From Phycisphaerales bacterium (GTDB lineage Bacteria; Planctomycetota; Phycisphaerae; WQYP01): a stretch of 64,000 nucleotides of DNA. Numbering within the stretch: position 1 is the stretch's first letter; each line of letters begins with the position of its first letter. Where the stretch lies: NCBI GenBank assembly GCA_027451365.1, contig DAIDJN010000058.1, positions 1-64,000 of the forward strand, written 5' to 3'. The notes below the pieces were generated by a model. The model was given only the letters and a program-made list of their open reading frames with translations, searched no databases and was not told where the DNA came from. Position numbers and translations under genes: made by a program. Shown here in pieces: positions 30,535 through 40,687 of this stretch.

Positions 30535-30960
30535 CGCGGTGGCGGTCGCAACTGGACAGCGGAGTCTGATGGCAAATCAGTGCGGGTTGCGTCAGCCAAG
30601 AGCTGTGGTAGTGAATATTAAACGAAAAGTCGCGGAGGTATCGCTTCAAATTAGGTTCATGATTGTGAACGAAAGTAAGCCGCTGATGACCGGTCGAAAC
30701 GATTTCCTTACGAGGTCAAAACCGGAGCATGGCCTGTATCCCGGGATAAATGGCGGGGGTGGTCACATGCCGCCGCTACGGCTGCCGGTCTTGAGGCGGC
30801 GCGAGCGTCGATGATGTGACGATAGCCGCGTTTGAACGCAGATTGAAAAGCAACCTGTATCACATCTGGAATCGCATGCCCTCGAGGTCGTACTTTCCCC
30901 CACCAATTAAGCGGGTGATGATATCGAAGGCCGATGGGAATGAAAGGCGATGGGTGTCCA
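30535..30960 (+). mobile_element. Degenerate, internally deleted group II intron (class D / RmInt1-like)
   Basis: Domain-I-like blocks aagagctgtggtagtga, gaacgaaagtaagcc and gtcaaaaccgg resemble RmInt1 as recalled; an RT N-terminal fragment follows directly. Boundaries approximate. Confidence 0.75.
30795..30960 (+). pseudogene. ltrA: Group II intron reverse transcriptase/maturase N-terminal fragment (RT0-RT1)
   Basis: GGASVDDVTIAAFERRLKSNLYHIWNRMPSRSYFPPPIKRVMISKADGNERR matches GAAGVD..TL..FE..L..NLYKIWNRMSSG.YFPPPV..V.IPK..GG.R; homology then ends and there is no YADD. Confidence 0.88.
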
Positions 30961-31078
30961 ATGAGTCAAGATGCTCGCATCCGGTTCCACCAAAGCGCCG
31001 GGGTGCAAATTCGCCGCGCCACTCGCCCGTTAAAGGCTCAATGGCCATGATGTTCGCAAAATTACAAATAAGATGATA

Positions 31079-31158
31079 ATATTTCGACAGGTTTGAAATA
31101 TATCGCCAAATTAGCCGGGATTTAAACCGGTAAGTGAACCGGTGAGTAAACCGGTTGG
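31079..31158. promoter_or_regulatory. Candidate operators upstream of the ROK regulator
   Basis: Palindrome ATATTTC-N9-GAAATAT (31079-31101) and three tandem 12-mers with an ACCGGT core (31123-31158). Confidence 0.45.
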
Positions 31159-31234
31159 CAACGAAGATTTGAGGAATGCCCGATTTCGTGTCGCTCCATC
31201 GTCGCGGCAGGTAATTGATATTGGAAGTTAAATT

Positions 31235-32488
31235 ATGACTAAAACGTCTGCTCGAAAAACGTCCACAAATAGTGTCCCGACATCGTCGGTGAACTCGACT
31301 CGAGGGCATTCGCGATCGGTCCGTCCGCGGCTGGTTAAACAGGTGAATCAGCGAACGATTTTTGATTTGATTCAATCCTTCGGGGCTATATCCCGCGCGG
31401 AACTTGCGCGTCGCGCCGGAGCGAGTATGCCAACGGCGTCCAAAACCGTGGCGCGTCTTCTTCGCCTGGGGCTGATTGAGGAGCAGGGCATGGTTCCGGC
31501 GGATGGGAAGGGGCGGCCTAGCCAGATGTACCGTGTGGCCAGCGCCCGGTCGCGGGTACTTGGCGTTTCCATAGAGCCGCATCGATGCCGCATTGTGTCG
31601 GCGGGGCTTGATGGCGTTTTCGCCGCCGCTAACGTGCGTGAATTTGCTACGCCGACGTCGTATCCGGCGTTGATCGAAAAATGCGTACAGACTGCTCGGA
31701 GTCTGTACAGCCGGGGATTTAAATACCTTCGCGTGGGCGTGAGCGTGTCGGGCACGGTGGATGCGGCACAGCAACAGGTGCTGATGTCCCCAAATCTGCA
31801 TCTTATGGATGGTCGGCGGCCAGGGGCGGATATCGAATCCGAGTTGGGAATTCCAGCAAGACTTGTGCATGAGACCATCGCGACTTGTCTGGCGGAGTGT
31901 GTTTACGGAGAGGCCCGCGGGATTAAGCAATTTGTCATGATCGGTACTTATTCAGGTTTCGGCTTAAGCGCGCTTGTAAATGGGGAACTGTTGACCGGTG
32001 CCCACGGAATGGCGGGAGAACTCGGCCATGTGATCGTCCAGCCGGACGGCGAGGTCTGCGGTTGCGGCAATCGCGGCTGTCTGGAAACGCTGTCCATAGA
32101 CCCGGTATTTGTGCGGCGTGTCAATCAACGTGCCGGAAGTAAATGGGATATGGAACAAATTATTGATCGTGTCCGTGCCGGCCAACTGGACGTCACAGCA
32201 GACCTGCACGCCACGCTGGACGGATTGGCCACCGGGGTGGCGGCGGCGATCAATATTTTTAATCCGGAACTCGTGGCGCTGTGTACGCGCATGTTTGATG
32301 TGTCGCCGGAAGCATTTGATTATCTGGGGCGACGCGTGCGGCAAAAGGCACTCACGCCACTGGCACAGCGGTGCAAGCTGATGCGTGTCGGCGGCGACAC
32401 ACTTCGTGGCGGAGTCGCGGCGGCCATACATCATGTTGTTGAGTCGCTTGGCCCGCGGATGAACTGGCTCGGGGAAGATAATTCCTGA
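31235..32488 (+). CDS. ROK family transcriptional regulator
   Basis: N-terminal HTH ISRAELARRAGASMPTAS; GAHGMAGELGH; CGCGNRGCLET. Confidence 0.92.
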   Translation: MTKTSARKTSTNSVPTSSVNSTRGHSRSVRPRLVKQVNQRTIFDLIQSFGAISRAELARRAGASMPTASKTVARLLRLGLIEEQGMVPADGKGRPSQMYRVASARSRVLGVSIEPHRCRIVSAGLDGVFAAANVREFATPTSYPALIEKCVQTARSLYSRGFKYLRVGVSVSGTVDAAQQQVLMSPNLHLMDGRRPGADIESELGIPARLVHETIATCLAECVYGEARGIKQFVMIGTYSGFGLSALVNGELLTGAHGMAGELGHVIVQPDGEVCGCGNRGCLETLSIDPVFVRRVNQRAGSKWDMEQIIDRVRAGQLDVTADLHATLDGLATGVAAAINIFNPELVALCTRMFDVSPEAFDYLGRRVRQKALTPLAQRCKLMRVGGDTLRGGVAAAIHHVVESLGPRMNWLGEDNS

Positions 32489-32578
32489 CGAATCGCTTTT
32501 CTTTCCATGAATTAAAAAAAACGGCAAATGAGCCGAACAGGTGGGGCATTTGCATGGACCGCTTGTCGCGATTGGCCC

Positions 32579-32669
32579 TGCCAAAATGGCAAACCGATGG
32601 CCCGGTTTGGTCCAAAAAACGCAATTATTTCACAAATCCGCACCCTTTTCTGTTTGGTACGCTCTTTGT
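32579..32669 (+). promoter_or_regulatory. clpB upstream palindrome and sigma54-type promoter
   Basis: TGCCA-AAA-TGGCA (32579-32591) and TGGTACG-CTCT-TTGT (32655-32669). Confidence 0.55.
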
Positions 32670-32818
32670 TACGCGGAGTGCGCTGGCTGGTAAAATCGGA
32701 TCCATGCAAAGGGCATTTGCGATCCGGTCGCCGTCGGCGGTGTCGCCCGCGCCCGGCATCTTCGTGTGGACTCAAACCGCTGGCATCGGTCGGTAGCGGC
32801 GCGACGATTGGAGCATAT

Positions 32819-35416
32819 ATGCGAATGGATAAATTTACTGTCAAGGCGCAGGAGGCGTTGGGAAATGCGCAGTCCATTGCGGCAGGTGACGGCCACAGTG
32901 AAGTGACAGCCTTGCATCTGCTGGCGGCGTTGCTGCAGGATCAGGAAGGGATTGTAAGGCCGATTTTATCGCGGATCGGTGGCAGTCCGGCCGGAATCGC
33001 CGAATCGGTAAACAGCCGACTGAGCCGCCTTCCGAAGGTATCGGGCAACGCGCAACTTGGGGCTTCGCGAGACTTAAGCGAAGTTCTTGGCACCGCCCAG
33101 AAGCAGGCTGATCAGTTGAAGGACGAGTACCTCTCAAGCGAACATCTGCTTCTGGCGCTGGCAATGACGGCATCACCGGCGCAGGAAATTCTGTCTGCGG
33201 CGGGAGTGAACCGGGATAAGCTTTTGACGGCATTGAAGGATGTGCGCGGTTCGTCCCGCGTAACGGATGCCAACCCGGAGGACAAATATCAGGCCTTGCA
33301 GAAATATGGCAGAGATCTGGTCGAAGTTGCGCGGCTAGGAAAGCTGGATCCGGTGATCGGTCGGGATGAGGAAATTCGACGCTGCATGCAGGTCTTAAGC
33401 CGCCGAACCAAAAACAATCCCGTTCTGATTGGTGAGCCGGGAGTCGGCAAAACCGCAATCGCCGAAGGACTGGCACAGCGGATTCTTTCCGGCGATGTTC
33501 CGGAAGGACTTAAAAACAAGCGGCTTGTCGCGCTGGATATGGGAGCGCTGATTGCCGGTGCCAAATATCGCGGCGAGTTTGAGGATCGTCTGAAGGCGGT
33601 TCTGAAGGAAGTGGAACAGGCGGATGGGCGGGTGATACTTTTTATTGATGAACTTCATAACGTTGTGGGTGCGGGACGCACTGAAGGGAGCATGGATGCA
33701 TCCAATCTGCTCAAGCCCGCACTGGCCCGCGGCGAACTGCGTTGTCTGGGTGCCACAACGCTGGATGAATACCGGAAATATATTGAAAAAGACCCGGCGC
33801 TGGAGAGACGTTTTCAGCCGGTGATGGTGCCGCAGCCTTCCGTGGAGGATACGATTACGATTCTGCGCGGGCTTAAGCCGCGGTATGAAACGCACCATGG
33901 CGTGCGGATTCAGGATTCGGCGATTGTTGCGGCCGTTACCCTTTCGAATCGCTACATCACCGACCGCTTTCTTCCCGATAAGGCGATTGACCTGATGGAT
34001 GAGGCAGCCAGCAAACTGCGAATTGAAAACGATTCGCTTCCGGCCGGGCTGGATGACGTTCGTCGCCGGATTGTGCAGTTGGAAGTGGAACAGGCCGCGC
34101 TGAAGCTGGAAAAAGATGACTCATCCCGGCAGCAGCTGGAAAAAAACAAAAAGGAACTGGCCGAACTCAAAACCCGCAACGCGGCGCTCACTGCGCAGTG
34201 GGAACGTGAGTCCGGTGTGTTGCGAGCGGTGAAAGCGACGCGTGAAAAAATTCAGGCGTTGCAGACCAGCCTGGAGGAAGCCCAGCGGAAAGGAAAGCTT
34301 GAGGAAGCGGCCCGGTTGCGCTACGGCGACCTGCGGCAATTGGAGGCGGAACTGGCCAGAGGGCAAGCGGAACTTGACCAGATTATTAAATCCGGGCAAT
34401 CAATGGTGCGTGAAGAGGTCACTGCGGAGGAAATCGCGGGCGTGGTGGCGCGATGGACGGGCATACCGGTCACCAAAATGCTGGAGGGAGATCGCCAGCG
34501 GCTGGCCAAAATGGAATCGTTTCTGGAAAAACGCGTCGTCGGACAGGTGGAGGCGGTAAAAGCCGTCAGTGCCGCGGTGCGCCGCAGCCGCGCGGGACTG
34601 GGCGACGCGCGCCGGCCGATCGGCAGTTTCATGTTTCTGGGTCCCACAGGCGTGGGCAAAACGGAATTATGCAAGGCTTTGGCGGAATTCATGTTTGACA
34701 CCGAAGATGCGATGATACGCATTGATATGTCGGAATTCATGGAACCGCACAGCGTGGCCCGGCTTATTGGCGCGCCGCCGGGATATGTGGGTTACGAAGA
34801 AGGCGGCGTTCTGACCGAGGCTGTGCGACGCCGTCCGTACAGCGTCATTCTTTTTGATGAAATTGAAAAGGCCCATCGCGATGTGTTCAATGTGCTGCTC
34901 CAGGTGCTGGACGACGGACGCCTGACGGACGGCCAGGGGCGCACGGTGGATTTTAAAAATACGCTTCTGGCCATGACCAGTAATCTGGGCAGCGGAGTGA
35001 TTCAGGAACTTGCCGGAAAAGAAGGGGCGGAATGGGAAATTGAGGCGGGCGTGCGCGAAGCATTGAAACAGCATTTCCGGCCGGAATTTCTAAACCGTGT
35101 GGATGAAATCGTGATTTTTCACACGCTTAAGAAGTCGCAATTGGCTGAAATTGTGAAAATTCAGCTCTCGCACCTGGAGGCTCGCCTTGCGGGCCGGGGG
35201 AATGCCCTCGTGGTGACGGAGAAAGCCCGGCTGGAGCTTGGTCAGCAGGGGTATGATCCGACCTTCGGGGCCCGACCTCTCAAGCGGGTTATTCAGCAGC
35301 AGATTGAAAATCCTCTGGCGGAAAAAATTCTGGCCGGCGAATTACCTGAGGGTGCGGCCATTACCATTGATGTGGACCGGCATGGGCGGTTTGAATTTGG
35401 CGTGGCGGAGAAATAA
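32819..35416 (+). CDS. clpB: ATP-dependent disaggregase ClpB
   Basis: MRMDKFT start after GGAG; two AAA modules ([16 protein letters not shown]), long coiled-coil M domain, [22 protein letters not shown]. Confidence 0.96.
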   Translation: MRMDKFTVKAQEALGNAQSIAAGDGHSEVTALHLLAALLQDQEGIVRPILSRIGGSPAGIAESVNSRLSRLPKVSGNAQLGASRDLSEVLGTAQKQADQLKDEYLSSEHLLLALAMTASPAQEILSAAGVNRDKLLTALKDVRGSSRVTDANPEDKYQALQKYGRDLVEVARLGKLDPVIGRDEEIRRCMQVLSRRTKNNPVLIGEPGVGKTAIAEGLAQRILSGDVPEGLKNKRLVALDMGALIAGAKYRGEFEDRLKAVLKEVEQADGRVILFIDELHNVVGAGRTEGSMDASNLLKPALARGELRCLGATTLDEYRKYIEKDPALERRFQPVMVPQPSVEDTITILRGLKPRYETHHGVRIQDSAIVAAVTLSNRYITDRFLPDKAIDLMDEAASKLRIENDSLPAGLDDVRRRIVQLEVEQAALKLEKDDSSRQQLEKNKKELAELKTRNAALTAQWERESGVLRAVKATREKIQALQTSLEEAQRKGKLEEAARLRYGDLRQLEAELARGQAELDQIIKSGQSMVREEVTAEEIAGVVARWTGIPVTKMLEGDRQRLAKMESFLEKRVVGQVEAVKAVSAAVRRSRAGLGDARRPIGSFMFLGPTGVGKTELCKALAEFMFDTEDAMIRIDMSEFMEPHSVARLIGAPPGYVGYEEGGVLTEAVRRRPYSVILFDEIEKAHRDVFNVLLQVLDDGRLTDGQGRTVDFKNTLLAMTSNLGSGVIQELAGKEGAEWEIEAGVREALKQHFRPEFLNRVDEIVIFHTLKKSQLAEIVKIQLSHLEARLAGRGNALVVTEKARLELGQQGYDPTFGARPLKRVIQQQIENPLAEKILAGELPEGAAITIDVDRHGRFEFGVAEK

Positions 35417-35437
35417 GCGGCTGGCCGTGAGATGGTT

Positions 35438-36058
35438 CTAGTGGCTGATTGCCCACGTGGCCATAGCCGCTTGCAGTGTTCGTCCCGGACAGTCGGTTGG
35501 CGTATCAGCAAGCGCTGTGTGGGTAAAGACGCTGGAACTGGGCATTGAGTAAATAATGCCCAGCCAGTCCAGAAACTGCCGAAGAGTCGTTAACTGCAGT
35601 TGGGCCGGTTCCTGCAGTTCAAAGTTTCCCAATATCACAATTCCCAGATTGCCCGCGTTGTGGTTTTTCACATGGGCACCCTGGTATTCCAGCGATCGCA
35701 ATTGCCAGACACGACCGGCACGGTCCACAGCGAAGTGATAGCCGATATCAGCCCAGCCTCGCTGCCCGTCGCCTTTGCCCGTGTGAAATTGGCGGATACG
35801 CTCAAGATAATCCGCGGTTTCGTTCAAAGCCGTTGGCAAAAATGGCTCGGAGAAGCCGCTGTGGTGCAGGGTGATGCGACAGACCCTGCCCAGCGGCTTC
35901 ATTTCTGATACGCGCGGCGCGGCATAAGTGAACATGCGTCTGGGCATAAGGGAAAACGGGAGAAGACCATCCTGTGGCGGCGCCGCGATTCGCCAGGGGA
36001 ACCAAATATCGGCGTGCTCACTGGAGGTCAGTGTCCTGACACCGTGGTCGTTGCTCAT
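35438..36058 (-). CDS. N-acetylmuramoyl-L-alanine amidase (Amidase_2/PGRP-like)
   Basis: ITLHHS, WADIGYHF, GAHVKNHN, H...TDCPG zinc ligands. Confidence 0.88.
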   Translation of the reverse strand: MSNDHGVRTLTSSEHADIWFPWRIAAPPQDGLLPFSLMPRRMFTYAAPRVSEMKPLGRVCRITLHHSGFSEPFLPTALNETADYLERIRQFHTGKGDGQRGWADIGYHFAVDRAGRVWQLRSLEYQGAHVKNHNAGNLGIVILGNFELQEPAQLQLTTLRQFLDWLGIIYSMPSSSVFTHTALADTPTDCPGRTLQAAMATWAISH

Positions 36059-36097
36059 TGTGCACCGTCATCATTGTGGTGTGGATACGCCCTTTGC

Positions 36098-36667
36098 TTA
36101 CTGGTCAAGTGGCGCGACGGTAAACTGCTGGCCACCGATCGCGGCCTGCGCCATCAGCCCTGCGGTGGGCTTGGCATATACCACAAGTCCATGTTCATAA
36201 TTGGAGGCGGTTCCGCTACCGGCCTTGATTGCTACGGCAGTGGCCCGTGCGTCAAAGGAAACCGCCCCGATCTTAAAGTCCTGCAATGCGGCGGCGTTCT
36301 GAAACAGAATTAATTCGCGAAAGCTTTGGCCGCCAATTTGTGCGCCAAATGTTCCTTGGGTCATGCGAACATAACCGACCAGTTGCCCCTGTCGGAAAAG
36401 TTCGCCTCGGCCTTCTGCTGCGCCGAAAACCAGCGCACCGGCACCAACCGAAGGCAGCACGGCGTAGCCATAGGCGTGGGCGATCTGTTGAGCGACTGCC
36501 GGGCTGGAACCTTTGAATTCAGCCAGTGCTTCGGCAACCTGAGCATCCATGGCGGACTTGCCGTAGCTGGTCACCGGGGAAATCGGGTGTTCTGAACAGC
36601 CTGCAACAGGAATGATCGTCAGTGCGGCAAGTACCAGAGACGAAAAAACCAGCGAAACAGTACGCAT
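36098..36667 (-). CDS. SYLF/Ysc84 lipid-binding domain lipoprotein
   Basis: Lipobox VAGC; AYGYAVLP, GAQIGGQ, GLMAQAAIGGQQF; AGGAG RBS. Confidence 0.85.
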   Translation of the reverse strand: MRTVSLVFSSLVLAALTIIPVAGCSEHPISPVTSYGKSAMDAQVAEALAEFKGSSPAVAQQIAHAYGYAVLPSVGAGALVFGAAEGRGELFRQGQLVGYVRMTQGTFGAQIGGQSFRELILFQNAAALQDFKIGAVSFDARATAVAIKAGSGTASNYEHGLVVYAKPTAGLMAQAAIGGQQFTVAPLDQ

Positions 36668-37011
36668 GTAATGCTCCTTAAAAAAAATAAGCCGGGCCTT
36701 TTTGCGCCAAACCAAAAGCCCGTTGTTTGTATTATAGCACGCGAAAGGCGTGGATGGCGTTTTTTTGCAAAAGATAAAAATTTACGCGGATCGGAAATCA
36801 ATGGCAGATTTATTAAGGATCGCAGCGTCTCGGAATTTTTGCCAGGAAGGTGTTTCACACATAACTGACTTGTGGAATAGCGGAAGTGCGAGTCATGCTG
36901 GAAGGCGGCTTTTATATTAGCGGTCTGGCATGATAAATCGGCCAGTTGCCCTGTCATTTATGGCATGTACGCGCCTATGATGTAAAAGAATAATTATGGA
37001 GACCTTTCATC

Positions 37012-37578
37012 ATGCCGGTTGAATATCAACTCTCGTGCCGATTGTGGCTGCCTTTGCCGATTGCGCAGGTATTTCCCTTCTTTGCCGATGCTCATAATTT
37101 GGCGGTTATTACGCCGCCATGGCTGGGATTTGTCATTCACACGCCCGCTCCGATTCATATGCGAGCCGGATGCCTGATTGATTATACGATCCGGTGGCTG
37201 GGAATACCGATAAAATGGCGGACACTGATTTCTGTTTATGAACCACCGGTCCGGTTTGAGGATCGGCAGTTGATCGGGCCATATGCGCAGTGGATACATC
37301 AGCACGAATTTGTCTCCCAAAATGGCGGGACATTGGTGGCGGATCGCGTGCGATATATTATTCGTGGCGGAATTCTTGGACCGTTTGCGCAGGCGGCTTT
37401 CGTGCGACGACAACTGACGGAGATTTTTGAATTCAGGCAGGCCGCAATTAGCCGCCTGCTTATGGTAAACCGTCCCGGAGAATCGCAAATTCTTGAGCCT
37501 GTGACAATCAGCCCGGTTGATGGAAAGATTCAGGATCGCGGGGGAACAAAAGAGCTTTCGAATGCTGGGCAGGTTTAA
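37012..37578 (+). CDS. SRPBCC (START-like) family protein
   Basis: VFPFFADAHNLAVITPPW, W.T.I, FEDRQLIGPY..W.H.H, IFEFRQ. Confidence 0.85.
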   Translation: MPVEYQLSCRLWLPLPIAQVFPFFADAHNLAVITPPWLGFVIHTPAPIHMRAGCLIDYTIRWLGIPIKWRTLISVYEPPVRFEDRQLIGPYAQWIHQHEFVSQNGGTLVADRVRYIIRGGILGPFAQAAFVRRQLTEIFEFRQAAISRLLMVNRPGESQILEPVTISPVDGKIQDRGGTKELSNAGQV

Positions 37579-38272
37579 GCCCCGCGAGTGTGAATCGCGC
37601 AAAGCGATGCAGATGGCAGTCAAGCCAGGGTGCCTTGAGCCTGTCGCGCCATGCAAGGGTTTCCTGCACGGTCCATCCTTTGGCGACTGACAAGCGAGCA
37701 TCATGTCGGCTTAGCGGATCGGAAAAGAGTGTCAGTACATAAATTGCTGCCCGCGCCCAAGTGGTGCGCACAAGGTCGTTGACGATCAGCCCAGAGCGGC
37801 TTACGCGAAGCATCTCCCGTAAAACGGCCAACGCGTCTTCATCGCTCAAATGATGCAAAAACATGCTGCAGGTTGCGATATCCACCGAATTATCCGCCAG
37901 CGGCAACCGCAGGGCATCAGCGCGGATGAACGAAAGGTATTCTGTGCCGGAAGTCCATTCCCGCGCAATGTCCAGGGTAATCGGATGCAGGTCAACGCCG
38001 ACAATCTGAACCCGGCGACCGATGTTTTTGGCCCAATTCAGTACCGCCTTGGGAATATCGGCTGATCCGGTGGCGACATCCAGAATAGTGATCGGACCGG
38101 TGGGCAAAAGCCCCGCTGAAGCCCAGTCCTTCAGATGATCGACCACGACACGAGTTCCACCAAGTGAGTGGTTCACCCAGCGGATATAGCCAAGCTCGCG
38201 AAGCAAGTCCTGCCGCGTGACATTCGGGTCATCCATGTATTCGCGCAAGTGTGTTGGCCGGCCCGATTTCAT
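37508..38272 (-). CDS. Class I SAM-dependent methyltransferase
   Basis: EYMDDP, LDVATGSADIP, DALRLP, SMFLHH, NDLVR, HDARLSV. Confidence 0.85.
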   Translation of the reverse strand: MKSGRPTHLREYMDDPNVTRQDLLRELGYIRWVNHSLGGTRVVVDHLKDWASAGLLPTGPITILDVATGSADIPKAVLNWAKNIGRRVQIVGVDLHPITLDIAREWTSGTEYLSFIRADALRLPLADNSVDIATCSMFLHHLSDEDALAVLREMLRVSRSGLIVNDLVRTTWARAAIYVLTLFSDPLSRHDARLSVAKGWTVQETLAWRDRLKAPWLDCHLHRFARFTLAGLKPAQHSKALLFPRDPESFHQPG

Positions 38273-38287
38273 GATGCACCATACCTT

Positions 38288-38803
38288 TTACGGCATTGTG
38301 GTGGCCGGCATGGTGGCCGGAGTTGTATTTGGACTGCGGCTGCCCAGCGGGCTAAGCGTGTCGGTCGCGCTGCCCGCGGTTGAACTCGTTGGCGCGATAA
38401 CCACATACACATAGGTATGAAACCAACTGTGCTTGACGGTAATGGTGCAGCTTTCCGGCGGTTTGCTGAAGGATTCCACAATGCCCGCCGGCCCCTGTGT
38501 TTCCTGCTGAAGCGCCCAGCCGTCAGTTGGCATGTAATGTGTGTAAAACCGTGCCACGGAAAGCCGCGGGTCGGAACCTTTGTAAACCTGATTTACCAGT
38601 CGAAGATTTGATCCGGGAATAAGCGTGAAAGAAGAATGGCTAAGTTGAATATGAAATCCATCCGGTATTGGAACATCGGCCACGGGCGGAGTCAGCCCGG
38701 GGGCCAGAAGTGTCTGCGGGGATCCACTGGAGCAGGCGGTTAGAAGGCATCCGGCGGCTGCAAGAATCATAGTGCCAATTGTCATGGAAATCGGTTTTGT
38801 CAT
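38288..38803 (-). CDS. Hypothetical lipoprotein
   Basis: AGGAG RBS, LTAC lipobox, DVPIPDGF motif, Thr/Pro-rich tail. Confidence 0.75.
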   Translation of the reverse strand: MTKPISMTIGTMILAAAGCLLTACSSGSPQTLLAPGLTPPVADVPIPDGFHIQLSHSSFTLIPGSNLRLVNQVYKGSDPRLSVARFYTHYMPTDGWALQQETQGPAGIVESFSKPPESCTITVKHSWFHTYVYVVIAPTSSTAGSATDTLSPLGSRSPNTTPATMPATTMP

Positions 38804-38898
38804 TGTGGTCTCCTGTGTTAAAAAACCCGCTTATTTACCCGTGCGGCCGGCGGGACATTGCCCACACTGCGCTGCCGACTTTGCGGAACCGAGCTATA

Positions 38899-39723
38899 TT
38901 ATAGCCGATAGGCTTGTGTTGCGGTTCTTTCGTAAATCCATTCTTGTTCGTCGGCGCTAAGGCTCGCGGTAATGCAGCCTAGTGCTTTGAACCACCGCTG
39001 ATAGCCGCCCGCCACGGCACACACCGGCCAATCGGAGCCGAACATGATCCGCCGCGGACCGAAGGCTTCCAGTACGGTATCCACGTAAGGCTGCAAAGAC
39101 TTTTCCGACCAGCCCGTCCAGTCCGCTTCAGTCACCATTCCCGATAGCTTGCAATAGACGTTCGGCCGACGGGCGAGATTTCGTAAATCGGTTCGCCATG
39201 GCTCAAGCTGTCCCTTCTTTATGGCGGGTTTGGCAATATGGTCAAGAACAAAAACCTGTCGCGGATGCCGGTCCACCAACTGAATACTGATGGGCAAGTG
39301 TCGCGCGAAAATAAGCAGGTCGTAGCGCAGGCCCAGCGGTGCCAGGCAGCCGAGGCCGGCGCCAAAATCGGCACGCAACATATATTGGTCGTCGGCTTCA
39401 TCATGCAGTACATGCCGTACGCCTTTGAGTCGTGGATTGGCGGCATATTGCTCAAGAATTCCGCCGACACCCGGGTCATTCAGCGGCACCCATCCGACCA
39501 CACCACGGACGAAGGGGTGTTGCGCCGCCAGGTTCAGCAAAAAATCCGTTTCTTTCAGTATTTGCCTTGCCTGTACGCTGACCACGCCTGATATGCCCGC
39601 TGCGTCGATTTCTGTCTTCAGGTGATGCGGGAGATAATCGCGCCGCAATGTGGCCAGCGAATCGTCCATCCAGGGGTATTCGGACTGTTTGTATTGCCAG
39701 AAATGATGGTGTGCGTCAATCAT
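38899..39723 (-). CDS. Amidohydrolase_2 family, L-fucono/rhamnono-lactonase-like
   Basis: IDAHHHFW, VQA, GVVGW, LDHIAKP, CKLSG, FGSDWPV. Start may extend to 39762. Confidence 0.88.
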   Translation of the reverse strand: MIDAHHHFWQYKQSEYPWMDDSLATLRRDYLPHHLKTEIDAAGISGVVSVQARQILKETDFLLNLAAQHPFVRGVVGWVPLNDPGVGGILEQYAANPRLKGVRHVLHDEADDQYMLRADFGAGLGCLAPLGLRYDLLIFARHLPISIQLVDRHPRQVFVLDHIAKPAIKKGQLEPWRTDLRNLARRPNVYCKLSGMVTEADWTGWSEKSLQPYVDTVLEAFGPRRIMFGSDWPVCAVAGGYQRWFKALGCITASLSADEQEWIYERTATQAYRL

Positions 39724-39768
39724 TGAAGATGTCCGGTGTAAGTGAATATATTTTGTTGACAAGCATGG

Positions 39769-40482
39769 TCAGTCATCAAAAATCTCCGGATCGGTCTTTG
39801 CGGGTTGAATTTGAATCGATGCCGGCTGGGTCGGGCAGGCCTGTTCGCACATGCCGCAGCCGACGCATCCGCCCGGCTTCACCAGCACCCGTCCGGTGGT
39901 ATCGCTGACAACAATGGCCTGTTCGCCAAGTGGGCAGCTTTCAAGGCAGAGGCGGCAATCTTCGCCGTGGTAGCGCAGGCATGTTTCATGGGTGACAACG
40001 GCCAGCCCCATGCGGATATGAAATTTATCCACCAAAGTCAGGGCACCGCTGGGACATATTTTCATACAGGCCTGTTCATCGCATACGACGCACGGAGCCA
40101 ACGCCGGCACGATATAGGGAAAACCGCCGCCGATCTGATTTGTATTGTCCAGTTGAATGCACTTGACCGGGCAGGCCGTGGCACACTGGCCGCATCGCGA
40201 GCAAAGCGTTTCGAATTCGTCGCCCGGCTTGGCACCCGGCGGTCGCAAAAAGATGGTCGGCTCCGGCTGATATGGGGGGGGAGTCACCTCATCCATATCA
40301 TCAGAAAAGGCTTGGGGGAACTTGCCCTGAAGGGCGCTGGTCATTGGTTCCACACGGCGTTCCACAAGATGGGCCAGCGGGTTTAAGGCATCGCGGAATG
40401 CCTTGGCAAAAAAATCGCGGCGGCCGGGATCTTCGGGCGAATCGGCGGGTTGGGGCGTAGCTGGTGTGGAATTCGGATCCAT
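39769..40482 (-). CDS. Poly-4Fe-4S ferredoxin (NapG/MauM/NapF-like)
   Basis: LRPPGA and four Cys clusters (CSRCGQCATACP...CVGCGMCEQACP); RRDFF near the N-terminus. Confidence 0.85.
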   Translation of the reverse strand: MDPNSTPATPQPADSPEDPGRRDFFAKAFRDALNPLAHLVERRVEPMTSALQGKFPQAFSDDMDEVTPPPYQPEPTIFLRPPGAKPGDEFETLCSRCGQCATACPVKCIQLDNTNQIGGGFPYIVPALAPCVVCDEQACMKICPSGALTLVDKFHIRMGLAVVTHETCLRYHGEDCRLCLESCPLGEQAIVVSDTTGRVLVKPGGCVGCGMCEQACPTQPASIQIQPAKTDPEIFDD

Positions 40483-40687
40483 AGGCCGCCGATTATAGTG
40501 GATGCGAGAATGATAAAAAACAGCGCGATGGTGTCGTTTACGCGAAAATTTGAAAGTGATGGCGCGTTTAATTGAAACTGGGTCTCAATCGTCTTATAGT
40601 GACTTTTGCTGCGGGCCTTTGGTGCCATTCGGGCGCGGGCATCTTTTGGGTAAGTTAAGCGGACGGCAAGGTAAGGACAATTGATTC

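Noticed and set aside
30795..31076. RT fragment as a retron, DGR or defence RT
   Set aside because: The sequence matches class-D group II intron maturase N-termini and lacks all catalytic domains; the last ~40 codons of the listed ORF are non-homologous read-through.
30860..31930. 356-aa minus-strand ORF and other long antisense ORFs (e.g. 61083-62123, 43379-44275, 6113-6967, 57588-58406)
   Set aside because: Shadow frames opposite well-supported genes in GC-rich DNA, with no family motifs.
32528..32818. 97-aa N-terminal extension of ClpB in the ORF track
   Set aside because: Non-homologous sequence that overlaps the promoter motifs; the RBS and family start fit ATG 32819.
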